A stretch of 64,000 bases of DNA from Asterias rubens (GCF_902459465.1 NC_047062.1:22072001-22136000), one strand, 5' to 3'. Shown: positions 34,301 through 47,200, counted from the first letter of the stretch. The notes: generated from the sequence alone by a model not told the origin. A program made the numbers and translations.

Positions 34301-37300
34301 ACTTGGCACACTGTGAGGGTCCCCCCTCACCATTTTCATTACCCATACCTTCCACACCGCAACCCACCATGCCATACTGCCCCAGCAGAGTCACAAGAGT
34401 CACAGGAACAGTTGCTTGCTCGGCTGCAATGCAGCAAAAGCCAGTTAGAATTCAAGTCTGCTTAATCCAGGCAGAGGTTGCTGCTCTTAAAAACAGCCTA
34501 CCATTGGCAGTATTGCACAGGCCCTAGGTCCATCTTCACCCCTACAGGCCCCACCCCTTCCCAAGTAGCACCACCCCCAAAGATTCTGTCCCCCATATGG
34601 CGAACTATGTACAAACAACTTCTGATAGCGCCCTCTTTTGAATCATCCTCCTCCAGTCTATGTTAGTTTCCCACAAGGGGACAGAATCTCCGGGGGACGG
34701 AATTCCATGCCACACCGGCTTTGACTTCAGCATTATCGACAGACCAACCCTCAGAAGCACCGCCACCAGGGGTAGTACCTGCTCTAACTTCAACCTTGTG
34801 AAATCGATAGCTCTGTGTACTGTGTACAGTTGTGCCACCATGAACAATAATTTCAAAGGGTTGATCTGTGCCAACAAGAGTAGGTTGTTAAATGTGTCTA
34901 TTTGTCATTTCTATATCCAGGAAGTTGCTAAGGCCAGTCAGTTTGCCTTTGACTACAAGCAGAAGTTCCGTCGTGATGTCTTCATTGATATGCAGTGCTT
35001 CCGGCGCCTTGGCCACAATGAGATTGATGACCCTTCTTTCACTCAACCTACCATGTATGGAATCGTCAAATCTAGAACGAGTGTTCCTGATCTCTACCTC
35101 GATAAAGTCACTGTAAGCACGTAAACTCTGTTTTTTGTTTCATTTTCCTTGTCTGATATAGAAATTTACAGTATACTTTTGGTTTTTGAATTGCTCAATT
35201 GTTTTAATCCTATAACAATGCAGATGTCTACAATAAAACAACGTGCAAATTTCATGGTCTGTTTTTTTGAGACATCGCCAAAAACTGGAATGAATAATTA
35301 TATCCATGCAGGAAGAATAATGCCTAATAGGAAAACACAATCTGAGAAGCGTTACTGCAGGAAAATTGTTAATTTTACTTATTATTAAGGAAATCGTGAA
35401 GGACAATTCTCATTTTCCCCTTTTCTTGGCCTTGTTGCTTAGTAATTCTGTAATCCTTTTCTCCATAGACTTCTTGATATTTATTCTCTCATGGAAAATT
35501 GCTTTGCCTAACACCAATGATATCTCATTCCTGTTTATTGAGACCACTAATTGCTTGGTCCTTCAGAATTGGATTTTCCTAATGAAAGTGCCCTTTACTG
35601 TGGTTATCTGTCTCAAAAAAAGAGTTAAATTCAAGGCCTGTTCCAATTCTCTATCCACTTGTCTCATTCACTAGAATGCTGGTGAAGTCAATAGGGACGA
35701 AATAGACCAAGCCGTGGCTGAGAATCAGGAGAAACTGAACCAATGTCTGAAGGCTGCCAAGACCCATGAGCCGGAGCCTACCACCTTACAGCAACAATGG
35801 AGTGGCTGTGTCCAAGCCCCTGCTCATATCACAAGCTGGGATACAGGTCAGTGGTAGAACTTAATCACTGTATCCCTCATGTACACTGGGGCTAGCTCAG
35901 GGCTCGAATTGGGGGGGGGGGGCGGGGAATCCACAAGGGCTTGTAGCTCAAAACATTTAGTGGACCAGAAAATTTGTTACCGGACCGGAATCAAAATGAG
36001 AAGAACACTATCTACACAGTTTCACATTGGAGCTTAGAGAACGTAAGTTTTCTATGCTAAAATCACTGGCCTCAAGACTGTGGTCAAGTGTTAATTTAGA
36101 GCCCTGCCTAGACTCTGAAGTGACTTCTAAGTTCAATGTTGTCGTATGAAATGACAGCAGCAACCGACTTGTACTAACAGCAATGCTTTCAATCACAGGT
36201 GTTGATGTTGATGTTCTGCGCTTTGTTGCTGCAAAGTCTGTCACACTGCCAGAGGATTTCGTAAGTTTGTAAATTGGTTTTACTTCAAGTTATATTTATT
36301 AAGTTCAGTCGAGTTTGTAGAGATACAAGGGACAAATGTATTTCTACATTGATCATCTCAACTCCTTAGGAGTATGCAGCACAAGGTTTCAAACTGTTGT
36401 GTATCAAGCTTATTTATCACAATGTAACATTTCTACCCTCACAGGTAGTCATAGTATGATATGTAGATATGTAGTCATAGTGTGATTCTGTTGGGTGTTG
36501 AGAAGCAATTTTAGTTTAAGTGTCTTCCCAGGTCCAAATTCCAGTTGAACCTAGTTAAACTGGGTTTAACTGGAACTAGTTGAAACCAGTTGATAAACTA
36601 GTTAAACACAGTTGAAAACCAGTTGGTTTAATATGGAAAATGGACAGAGACCAACTGGTTTATAATTTCAACCTAGTTGAACACAGTTAAACCTAGGCCA
36701 AACCAGTTGGTTAATATGGAAAATGGACGAGTTTGATCACTATCCAGTTGAACCAGTTGACCCCAGTTAACTAGGCTCAACTGGAATTTTGACCTGGGTT
36801 GCTCTGCTCTCCAAGATTAAATGTGCCACAACTAGCCACCGTGGTCCAGTGGTTAGACGGCAGGACGTGCAATTACAAGGTTTTAGTATTTCCGTCTAGT
36901 TCCCGAATCACAATTTTTTCATTTGTGCAATTCAGTCATAAACGTTAAACTAGTGTTTACATGAGAGAGATTGGCTGTTGCCAGCTTGGTGTTTATATAC
37001 CTCTTTGGGAGTCTGGCGAGTTCCCTTGACGGGAAGATCATCTAAACAAGCAAACAAACTGGGAGTTACACCCACATTCTGATAAATGCTGTGATTTGAT
37101 TCCTATCATTGATTTCTCTTGGTTATATTTCAGACGCCCCATCATCATCTTGTCAAAACATTCCTTGAGGCTCGTCAGAAGAAGATCGTGGAAGGGAATG
37201 CCATAGATTGGGCTACTGCAGAGGCAATGGCTGTCGGCTCCCTGCTCTATCAGGGTAAGTGTTATAATCGCATTATTTATCGCTGCCAAATGCTACTACA

Positions 37301-40300
37301 GGGGCAAATTTCATAGAGCTGTTTGGTTAACCCATATTCACTTGAATGGAAGGAGAACTTTAGCACTCTTCGTACCTGAACGAATGTAATGCTTATTGCT
37401 GCATTACAACATGCGTGGTTCACTACCTTATAAATATACACACCGCCAACAAATTGTATGCAGTTATAAACTCTCACCCAGTTAGAAAGAGTACATAATT
37501 CTCTTTAATAAATTTGGGGTTGATCAAAGAAACATTGACAAATTGACTTGAGCGGGACTTGTTCCATTGACCTCTTGTTTAATTTGACATATATATTTGC
37601 TGTGTTGCCCATTTCATATATCTAGTTATGAGAGTATAAAGACAAACACATCTTTTTGTCTATGATAGGATACAATGTGAGGATAAGTGGTCAGGATGTA
37701 GGTAGGGGTACGTTTAGCCACCGCCATGCCATGCTAGTAGACCAGACTGATGACAGTGTGTATGTTCCACTCAACCACATCACTCCTGAGCAGAAAGCCT
37801 TCTATGAGGTAAGGTAGTCATCTAGAGTGGGCTTCAAGCTCTTATAGTTTACATAAAGTCTAAGGGTCATGTCACACAAGGCAATGTACAAGTAACCAGG
37901 GCCCAATTTCATAAAGCCTGTATAAGCACAACAATTTCCTTAGCATGAAATTTCTTCCTTGATAAAAAAAGGATTACCAACCAAATTTCCATTTGTTGCA
38001 CATTGCTTGTTACTGGTATTCAGCTGTTGCTTGCTTATCCTGAAAATCACATGGAAATTTGGTTGGTAATCCTGTTTCAAGGAAGAAATTTCATGCTAAG
38101 CATATTTTTGTGCTTACAGGCTTCATGAAATTGGGCCCAGTTCCAGCAATCTGAGAGAATCCATTCACTTCTTAATGTTCACATATTATTCTTGACATGT
38201 GATAAAATTACTCATGTGATACCAAAGTGGTCTTGTAGCATGCATTGCAAGTGGTTGCCTCATAGGAAGTTGACTGTAAAAATAACCTCCTGTGACTAGG
38301 CCATAATATTTGCATTGGGATAGAGTATAGGACTTTGGTTACACCCTTTATACAATGTGTGATATAATCTTTTTTTGCCCCTTGCTTTTTGCTGTGTGCT
38401 TTCTGACTTTCTCTCTTTTCATGTTTTTCCACTTCACTGATTATGTTACACTTAGACACCAGTTCTTGTATGTTATGTTGTCATTTAGCCCTTAAGAAAG
38501 ACTCTGCTAGGGTGGGAACGTCAGGCCATTAACTATTTTTTGCATTATTATTATTATAAAACATTATTTCGTTTTATATTTAAAAAAACAAAATTGCTAA
38601 TTCACAAACTATATCCAGAGAAAATTTTATTTAGGCCAAAAGCCAAGTAAAAAACCTACTCCAAACTCTGAAAATAAATAAAAATTATTCTATAATTTGA
38701 TATCATAATCTTGACATCAAAATCTTGTTTCAGGTTGCTAACAGTCCCTTGTCTGAGGAAGCAGTGTTAGGGTTCGAGTACGGCATGACACTGGAGAACC
38801 CCAACAATCTGATCATTTGGGAAGCCCAATTTGGAGACTTCTACAATGGCGCACAGACTATTATTGACACTTACGTCATCGGAGGAGAAGGTAAGTGGCA
38901 TTCAACTTCTCAACAGATTCAGCTGTTCGTAGGTTTTAGTATCTAGTTCAGTTTTCTTTTTTTTTTCAAAAATTACAAGTTACATGTTACGTATTAACAT
39001 TGTTACGTATGCTTACACATGTGAGAGGCTCTGGCACCATTTGGGATTGTATCCAAACTGAGATTGTTAAGATTTGACATTGTGGCTTTAGAAGGCTGCA
39101 GAATACTTGACACTGGCTGTAGAAGATTGCAGAATATTTTACACTTGCTGTAGAAGGTCGCAGGATATTTGACTATGGTTGTAGAATGCTGCAAAGCATT
39201 TGACACTGGTTGTAGAAGGCAGAATATTTGACTCTGGCTGTAGTATGCTACAGAGCATTTGACACTGGTTGTAGAAGGCAGAATATGTGACACTGTGGCT
39301 GTAGAAGGCTGCAGAATGGAAACCCTTGGGAGCAGGTCAAATGCTATGACTACTCAAGATTGTTTTGTTGACACCCTGCAGTGAAATGGTGTTTACAGAG
39401 TGGTCTGGTCATGCTCCTTCCCCATGGCTTCGACGGGGCTGGTCCGGAACATTCTTCTTGTCATATGGAGAGATTCCTACAGCAGTCTGACAGTAAGGAA
39501 GATTCCGCAGATGGTGACAATGTTAATATCAGTATTGTTCATCCAACGACTCCTGCACAGTATTTCCATCTACTCAGGAGACAGGTACTTATAGAGAGGT
39601 TTTTTTTCTTTTCTTTTCTATTTTTTTATTTTTTTTAATAACATAAGAATGTGTTAACAAGTAAGCTATCAACAAATTTAAAGCATTTGATGGAGTACCT
39701 CAGCTATGCTGAGGCGAAGGGTTCAAGCAAAACAATGCATTGCAATGGACTTGACTGGTGCTGAATGCAAAACAAACAACCATTAGGGGCGCTCTCATAC
39801 ATGGCCTTTATGGTCCTTAACCTCTCAAGGATACATTGTTTTCAGAATGTTCTTTGCGCCACAAAAAAGTGCGCTCCACATCCTAACTTGGTGATTCTCG
39901 ATCCACAATTGTTATTTCCACATTGTTATTTGAAATTCATTTTGAACTTGCTTTTAGATATATCAGTAGTTTTTCTTGCAATTGTATACATCCCTTGTAC
40001 TGTTTTTAATTTGTTTTAATATTTCAATGTTTTTACTGTATACGAGCATTTAAATTACCCTTTTTGGGGATCTAATAAGAAGTAATTGACTTGAATTGAA
40101 TCACCTTGTTTGTTTTATAAAGAAACTACATCATTTGATTTGTTTTGTTTCATTTCTCATCAGATGGTGAGGAATTTCCGTAAACCGTTGATCGTCGCTT
40201 CCCCCAAGGTTTTGTTGCGACTCCCATCAGCTGTTTCATCCCTGGCTGACATGGCTCCAGGGACAAGCTTCAAACCTGTTATAGGAGACACCAAAGCTAA

Positions 40301-41692
40301 TCCAAAACAGTAGGTCTACATCCCTGGGCCCGATTTCATAGAAGCCTGTAAGCATGAAAGCATGCCAAGCACAGAAATCTTCCTAAACAAAAGATAAATT
40401 ACCAGCCATTTTTTTCTTCAAGTTTACATTGTTGCAGCTGGTGCCCCACTCATATTTTGCCCGGTGTCTACATTAGAAGGTTCATGGTGTACAGTGTTTA
40501 TCACACACTGGTGTAGGGTACATGAAAACCAAATTAATATTGTATTGAATTTTTAACCTAAAAAAAAAACTACAAGAACTCTTTGCACACCTTTATTTCT
40601 TGAACTGTATTTTCATTGGCTCAGGCCTGGAATTACATAACTTAACTTAAGTTAAAACTTAACTTAACTTAAGTGCATTTATAAAGCGCTTTAACACTGT
40701 TTCAAAGCGCTGTACAGTCAAGAAAAACATTAAAATGCAGGATAAAAAACATGAGCAAAAATAGCAATATGGTTTTCAAAATACACAACAGTTAAAAAAA
40801 ATAGCAAAAATTTAGTAATACATGGAGGCCATAGCCTTTGTTGCCCAATGTCTTGGCCTTGGTGCCCTAGACTTGAAAAAGTTAAAATGGCCTTGCTCTC
40901 GCAAAGATGAAATCCCAGGCCTGGTGACCGAGTTTTGTTTTTGGTCTTTCATTCATTGGCAGAGTGGACCATGTGATTTTCTGCTGTGGCAAGCACTACT
41001 ACAATCTGATCAAAGAGCGAGAACAACGTGAGGCTTATAATACCGCCATCATTAGAATCGAGTCCCTCTGTCCGTTTCCAGCTGCCGAGGTCCAGACAGA
41101 GCTCAACAAGTACCCCAGTGCTAAAGGTTAGTTTTTGAGCTTGAGTTTCATTGTGTGAGTGAAGGAGAAACCAAAACATATTTTCGTGACTTAAACCCTT
41201 TTCACACTGTATCTCTTATCCCCGTGAAGTACAACCCTTGGGAGGCCCCACAGTTTTTGTTATTTCACATTAGCAATGAAATAACAGAATTAAACTGAGA
41301 TCTCTCTCATTGTAAGTTGTTCTTTTGTTGTAGTGTTCACATGGAGCCAGGAGGAGCATCGTAACATGGGTCCCTGGTCGTTTGTTTCACCCCGCTTTGC
41401 CAATATCGCCGGATGCAAGGTTAGTATTTTGACAACAGCAGCCCTGGTGCCTTCTACATTCTATGTATCTGTCCTATTAATATGTAATTTCCTAGTGTTT
41501 GTTTTTTTGTTACCAGTTCTGTCATTTACAAATAAGAGCATTCTATGTCTAATGTATGATTGTTTGTTTATTGTTTTGTTTTCTTTTCAGCTTCGCTATT
41601 CTGGTCGTGGTGTTCTAGGTGTCCCTGCAGTGGGCATGTCTAAGCTACACCAGGCAGAGGTCAAACAGCTTATGGAAGATGCATTCAGGTAG
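28325..41692 (+). CDS. DHTKD1: 2-oxoadipate dehydrogenase E1 (DHTKD1), 21 exons, 924 aa
   Basis: join(28325-28472,29006-29117,29674-29744,30730-30833,31113-31220,31602-31713,32207-32371,32629-32702,33092-33235,33844-34035,34921-35112,35675-35846,36199-36260,37134-37254,37669-37808,38734-38890,39382-39584,40164-40309,40963-41126,41334-41419,41591-41692) = 2775 nt, all GT-AG with consistent phases. Motifs: GIYGYKP after a basic mitochondrial-type leader, [12 protein letters not shown] (DHTKD1-type; OGDH has KRFGLEG), ThDP motif HGDAA...[65 protein letters not shown]. Confidence 0.96.
29939..30444. mobile_element. Crypton-like non-autonomous element with long terminal hairpin
   Basis: A ~140-nt foldback at 29944-30084 includes a perfect 20-bp stem GCTATGACAATATTGCACTC / GAGTGCAATATTGTCATAGC. 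The 12-bp direct repeat TATATAATATTG occurs at 29939 and 30433. The family assignment is inference. Confidence 0.5.
30470..30615 (-). mobile_element. tRNA-headed SINE fragment (same family as 62880-63135)
   Basis: The minus strand GACTCTGGTGTTTCTGATCAGCAGAATGTGGGTTTGAGTCCTGG...GAGCAAGATACTTT.CCATTATTGCT..GTCCTTCAGATGGG parallels the copy at 62880-63135. Confidence 0.6.
36527..36798. mobile_element. 272-bp CCC...GGG MITE with 2-bp (TT) TSD, EnSpm/CMC-like
   Basis: TT|CCCAGGTCCAAATTCCAGTTGAACCTAGTTAA ... TTAACTAGGCTCAACTGGAATTTTGACCTGGG|TT. The interior is built from AACCAGTT/AACTAGTT/AACTGGTT words. Confidence 0.75.
37900..38137. mobile_element. Harbinger-like MITE (GGCCCAATTTCAT family), CAG TSD
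   Basis: CAG|GGCCCAATTTCATAAAGCCTGTA ... TACAGGCTTCATGAAATTGGGCC|CAG. Further partial copies are at ~40327-40470 and ~51120-51251. Confidence 0.85.
39071..39317. repeat. ~28-33-bp minisatellite, about 8 copies
   Basis: Repeats of TGGYTGTAGAAGGCTGCAGAATATTTGACAC in DHTKD1 intron 16. Confidence 0.85.
40638..40715 (-). mobile_element. L2-clade LINE/SINE 3' tail remnant
   Basis: The minus strand has stem-loop AGCGCTTT-GAAACAGTGTT-AAAGCGCT followed by TTATAAATGCAC and (TTAAG)n repeats. A stem-loop plus short-tandem tail is the known architecture of L2-type 3' ends. Confidence 0.5.
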
Positions 41693-44285
41693 TTCAAGCC
41701 TTTTAACAAGAAAATAGGTATTTAACACACTAGTATAATTTTCTGAAAGCCTCCCCTGAAATCGGCGGCGAGAACAAGAACAAATTTTAGGCCTTTTTCC
41801 TCGACTCAAAGCTCATGAATGTTCTGGGGTCTACAAGATATTTTAGTGAGAATAAAATTGGTCTCTTTTAGTTTGTTTCAGTCCTAAAATAAAAACTAGA
41901 GATTGCTGTGTGTAGTGTACCTGTGCTTATTTTCAAGCAAACTTAAATCGTTGATTCTGATTGGCCGATCCATAGCAACAAGAGTGTGATACAAATCTTA
42001 TTTAAACGGCCGCTGTGCATCAAGCTTGCTTGAAGATAAATTTGTTATTACACATGCGCTTGTGGAATACGTAAAGGTAAAGCATGGAAAATATAGCAAT
42101 AAAGTATTATTTTTATTATTATAAACTCATGTCAAAGTCTGCCAAATTTTGAACACATTTGTTTGGAATACCGACCTGGAGTGGTTAAAAGCTTCACTTT
42201 TGAATAATTTTCCCACCGTGATTCCACTGTTATATCGTTGATTTGTATTTTAGTACTGGAGTCCACATTGCATCTGTTAACTTTTGTATTGCACTATCCA
42301 CTGAGATTAACTCTTTGATTACTTTGTTTTCCTGACGCACTTTTGAAAGTATCTGCAATCATGCTCTACTAATTTTTGTTACAGTGGAAAGCTGCCATAT
42401 CAGACAACACAAAATCGTTTGAAAACCAAGGTTTACATTAATTGTTATGATGTTGTATTTAATCCTCCTATCTAAACATTTAATTCCAACCAACCAATTC
42501 ATGTGGTTTTGAGCGATAAATGCACTATTTCTGCCTGCATTATTGTAAATATCATTTGCAGGGACTGCAGTACACAGATACTTGAACTCAGATAATTTCG
42601 TGCACAGCTGTGCACCGAGATTGGAATGGAAATAACTGTTGAAAAACCTCTCTTTTTTTTCTGCAAGAGTTGACTTCCACAAATGTTGATTCAGCATGCT
42701 ACTGATGTAGGAACAGACATTGAAGGGAAATTTATGTGAAAAACTTAAGCAAGTATTTATCACCACCAAGCAAAGCCACAAATCATGCAAGATGTGTAAT
42801 TAATATTTGTATCTTATTTCTGAAATATGGAAGAAATATTCTTTACGATCTTACAATTGTTTTAAGTTCCCGACAGCTATTTTATCTAAGTGCATAATCT
42901 GAAATATGTCAAAATTTTACTTGGAATATAAATGTTAACTCTTTCATTGCCCACTTTTTTGTTTGCGTTTTGAGGTTTTTGTGTAGAAGAAATGTGTAAG
43001 TCTTTCTCATCAAACAAATTATATCTTGCTGATTTCTGTTGTCTTGGTGTACATGCTGTATTCAACATTATTCCTTGTTAGAGTGCCCTCTCATGATGAG
43101 ATGTTTCTTATGTTTCTTACATGTACGATCAATGAAACTTGTTGAGTACATAAAATAGATTATACATGTGCAACCTCTGAATGAGTTGAAGATGACAATA
43201 ACCCAAGAAATTTGTTTAACTTGATGTGTCAACACTTTCCAAAGGTATGAACGTGTATTCTCTGGAAGCTTAGCAGTTTACACTTTTCAATATTCCAGAC
43301 ATGCCACTGCAGTTTGAAACTAATACAGCTAGACTTTATACTGTGTTTTGACATTTTCAACGCCAAAGCTGGGAACCATGAAAGAAGATGATAAGTCGCT
43401 TGCCTAAATTTTTAAAACTTTATTTCTTTATTTACTTTTAGACTCACATGCAGGGTTCTTTTTAAATTGGATAATGGTATATATATGGGTCAAGGAAAAA
43501 TCTATTTTATAATATTATTTTGGGGATATTGTTTTACATTTTTGTAAAAGTTTCAATGTATTTAATTGTCCAAAATACTTGTCGTTTTGCTTGAAATTTC
43601 TCAATGCAATATCTTACTGAAGTATTCACCAGGAATAATTATTTGGTGTGCCGAAAATCTGGAAAGCAATCTTCGTCCAAGAGAGAAAACAAACGTTTTT
43701 TTTACAAACAGAATTTTGTAGCCATTTATGTATTACAAACAGTCATATAATTTTATTGCAAAATTAAAGAAAGTATTTTGAAATGTATTATATAACACAA
43801 TCAATGTTGGAGATTGTTTATGATGGTTCTTAATTGGGTAGAAATACTTTTTTTGCTGCAATAACAGGCTAGAGTATGGTGTAAGCAAATTAAATATTTG
43901 GCCGTGAATAAACAACATTGCCTACAACAAAAGGCTAGATTGCTCAGTTAGTAGAGTGCCAGCACGTTAACCTGGAGGTCGTTGCTCAAAATCTGCTTTA
44001 GTAAAGTTGTTTTTGTTCAACGCCAAATCATTAAACTTTAAATACAAAATATGGCTGTTTCGAGACCTGCATTTATAAATCAACCAGAGAAAGGGTAGCC
44101 TTAGATAAAGAGAGCCCAACCATGCTGTTAGAGTGTCAAGGTTTGTCGTCCTTGCAGATTGCAGTTTGTTAACACCGCAGTTGTATTGATTTCTTATACA
44201 ATGTTGTCACCCCTTTATCAGTCCAACGGCAGCCCTCAAATGTTGTTTGTACGCAGCACTGATCCATAATGAAAGAACCCGGTAA

Positions 44286-47200
44286 TCACCTTTCACCTTT
44301 AACGCTTTCCTGGCTCTCGTTTGTCTCTTCAGTTCCATGAATCTGTATGGAAAGATGGAGTTTATGGTACATTTAAAACAAAAACAAAAAATCTCAAATT
44401 GTAGTCATTCAAATCATAGTGTTATCCAGGAAAGGTATTTCTGGTTACTAGCCATAATTACATTAAATTTCATTTTTGTGACTGGTGCCCCACTCCATTT
44501 TTGCTAAGCAAAGAAATGCATCAAGTAGTAGAGAGGTTTCGCAAGCGTACGGATACAGATACAGATACTGATTCGTCGACACTTTGTGTGTTCACGTGAC
44601 GCATATCAGCGACTACCGTATTTTGCATACACGTTACCAACTAATACAGGAGCTCATACATGTCGTAGAAAAACGGATACTGTTTTGCAGACTTTTAGTT
44701 GTATTTTTGTCACATATCTAAACCATTTCCCACGAAATTGCTTTCACTGGTATCGTGCTTGATATAGATGGCAAATTGTTGGTCATTTGCAAGAAAACGA
44801 TGAGAAAATGAAGTGTATAAAACACGGGGTCTCTATCGGTCATGTTTGTCAGAAAAACATTCGTGATGAATGCGAGCGCACTCAAGTGAAACATGCCTAT
44901 AGTGTGCGAAACAAAATCCAACACGCGGCTGACGTGAACGGATATGATTATCATATCCTTATCTGTATCTGCACGCTTGCGAAACCTCTCTAGTATTTTC
45001 TGCTTAATAGCTTTATAAATCTGCAACTTACTGCTGCGGCAATCTCTGGCCACATCATCGCCTTGACTACCGCATCGTTGGCCGAAGGAGTCTTCTCTAA
45101 GTTCCAGTAACTGAATTTATCAAACTGATGCACTGCTTGCAAAGTCCTGTCCTGTCGGTAGAAGATGGATTGGTAAACAGATAATCAATTTACCCATAAT
45201 ATATACAATCCTTACCTAATTCAGACTTTTCTGATTGAATTAATTTATCCAAGTGATTTTGATTCTGGTGAATGTTTTGTTCATGCCTTTTTTTTGGACC
45301 ATACCGGTACTTCTAGTTTGAAATATCATTTTGTTTAACCAAGTTTAAAGCTATAAGTTTGAGTTATGGCATGTATTGCGAAATTATTGTTACCAACTAT
45401 GTAAATCAAAATAAATAAATTTTAAATCTATCTTTTCAATCAGGTGTACAACCATTCCCCAGAACCCCAACCCCCAACCAAAATTGTGAGATAATAGTGA
45501 AAGAAAAAACTCCGAAGTCTTTTTTCTAGGATAATTGAGGCATTTCCTTTACTATCATAGTTTAAAAAAAGACAAATTAACTGGTTTTCCCTCCTATGAT
45601 GGTTGAGGCATTTCCTTAACTATCCTAGAAATAAAAAATACATAGTAACTGTGTTTTTCCTCCTAGGATGGTTGAGGCATTTCCTTAACTATCCTAGGAA
45701 AAGAAAAATACCTAGTAACTGTGTTTTTCCTCCCAGGATGGTTGAGGCATTTCCTTAACCACCCTAGGAATAAAACAAACATGGTTAGTGGGTTTTTTCT
45801 CCTAGGATGGTTGAGGCATTTCCTTAACCACCCTTGGAATAAAAAAAAACGTAATTGTGTGTTTTTTCTCCTAAGATGTTTAAGGCATTTTCTTAAATGT
45901 CATAGGATGTCATAGGATAGTTGAGGCATGCTTAAATAGACACTGGACACTAATAGTAATTGTCAAAACGATGAGAGAGAAAACACCTTTGTTGGACGAA
46001 TTTGTGATAGGATAGGAATAAAAGACTTCTGGCTAGAAGTCTTTTATAATTTTAGTGAGAAATTACCTCTGTCTCAAAATCTATGCTACTTCAGAAGGAG
46101 CCGTTTCTCATAATGTTTTATACTATCAACAGCTCTCCAATGCTCATCACCAAGTAAGTTTTAAGTTAATATTTGTTTTGAACTACCAAATGTGTACCTT
46201 CCCTTAAAGAATAATTATCTAAAAAATATACAATATTTTAATTTGTTCATTATATATTTTTAAACCAACCTCTTCTTCCATAAACGGCTTCTGATGCTCT
46301 TTGAGAACAAACCCTTTCAGGAGAGAAAACAAATATTTATGTCATATTTACAATTTGTAGCATATCTGACAAACTAAAAAATACTAACTAAGCTAATTTG
46401 GCATTTTTTCCCCTTATATTTGAACAAACGACTTATTTGGGACCACAGGGCCACTATTTGTAATATAGACCGTATCTATATGATTTCCGGCGCCCTCACC
46501 TACAGGTCAAAAGGACGCTGTTGGTTGGCCAATTTTGTGTGCTTAGTGTACAGATCTGTTTGTTTTTTCCATTGTGTATTGTATTTTCCAAGTCGTCATC
46601 CGTTTACCCCTTTTTGTTACACCCCTAAGAATAAGATGGCGGCTGAATGATGGCAATGCATATGGTCCATTCTACACTTTCCTACCTGTATATCCAGTAG
46701 GAACATCTAACTCTTGTCCGCATAATGCCCGGCCACGAAAGGTTGCTGTCATCTCTATAGAAATACAAACACAGAATTTTTAAAAAGAACATTGATGGCA
46801 TGATCATTGCAATGAATACCTAGGTGTACCCATCAGACGGGATCTTACATAGAACCAACATATACGTAAAGTTGTCAAAGGCAGAAACTCATTAATTTTT
46901 TACTTGAGGCACAATGTGAATGTCACAAACTTGTCCTTCAAGCAATAAATTGTCAGACAACTTATATCGTAGCGTCATACATTATCGACCCTCATATTCT
47001 TTCGGTCCCCAACTTTGATTCCCGTTTACCGCGAAATTGTGCAAGCTGCACCGGTGACAGAAGCTATGCAGTTTACTCACGGTCTGTATTTTCATCAGGC
47101 TTAATCATGCTGAGAATAAAGTTTCCTGTCGTTGGTTATGCTCAAACATTTATAAAATGATTGATTTTTGGTACTAATCACTAGTGCATTATTATGCCAA

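Noticed and set aside
28325-41692. OGDH instead of DHTKD1
   Set aside because: It has KRYGGEG, the N-terminal GIYGYKP and the [10 protein letters not shown] signature, and a ~920-aa length without the longer OGDH N-terminus.
42359-42790. 143-aa minus-strand ORF
   Set aside because: No recognisable domain or splice context, and it lies in AT-rich DNA between convergent 3' ends. It may be chance or decayed retroelement sequence.
45526-45935. CRISPR array call
   Set aside because: The linkers are homologous to one another rather than unique spacers, there are no cas genes, and the context is a eukaryotic intron. It is reported as a palindromic tandem repeat.
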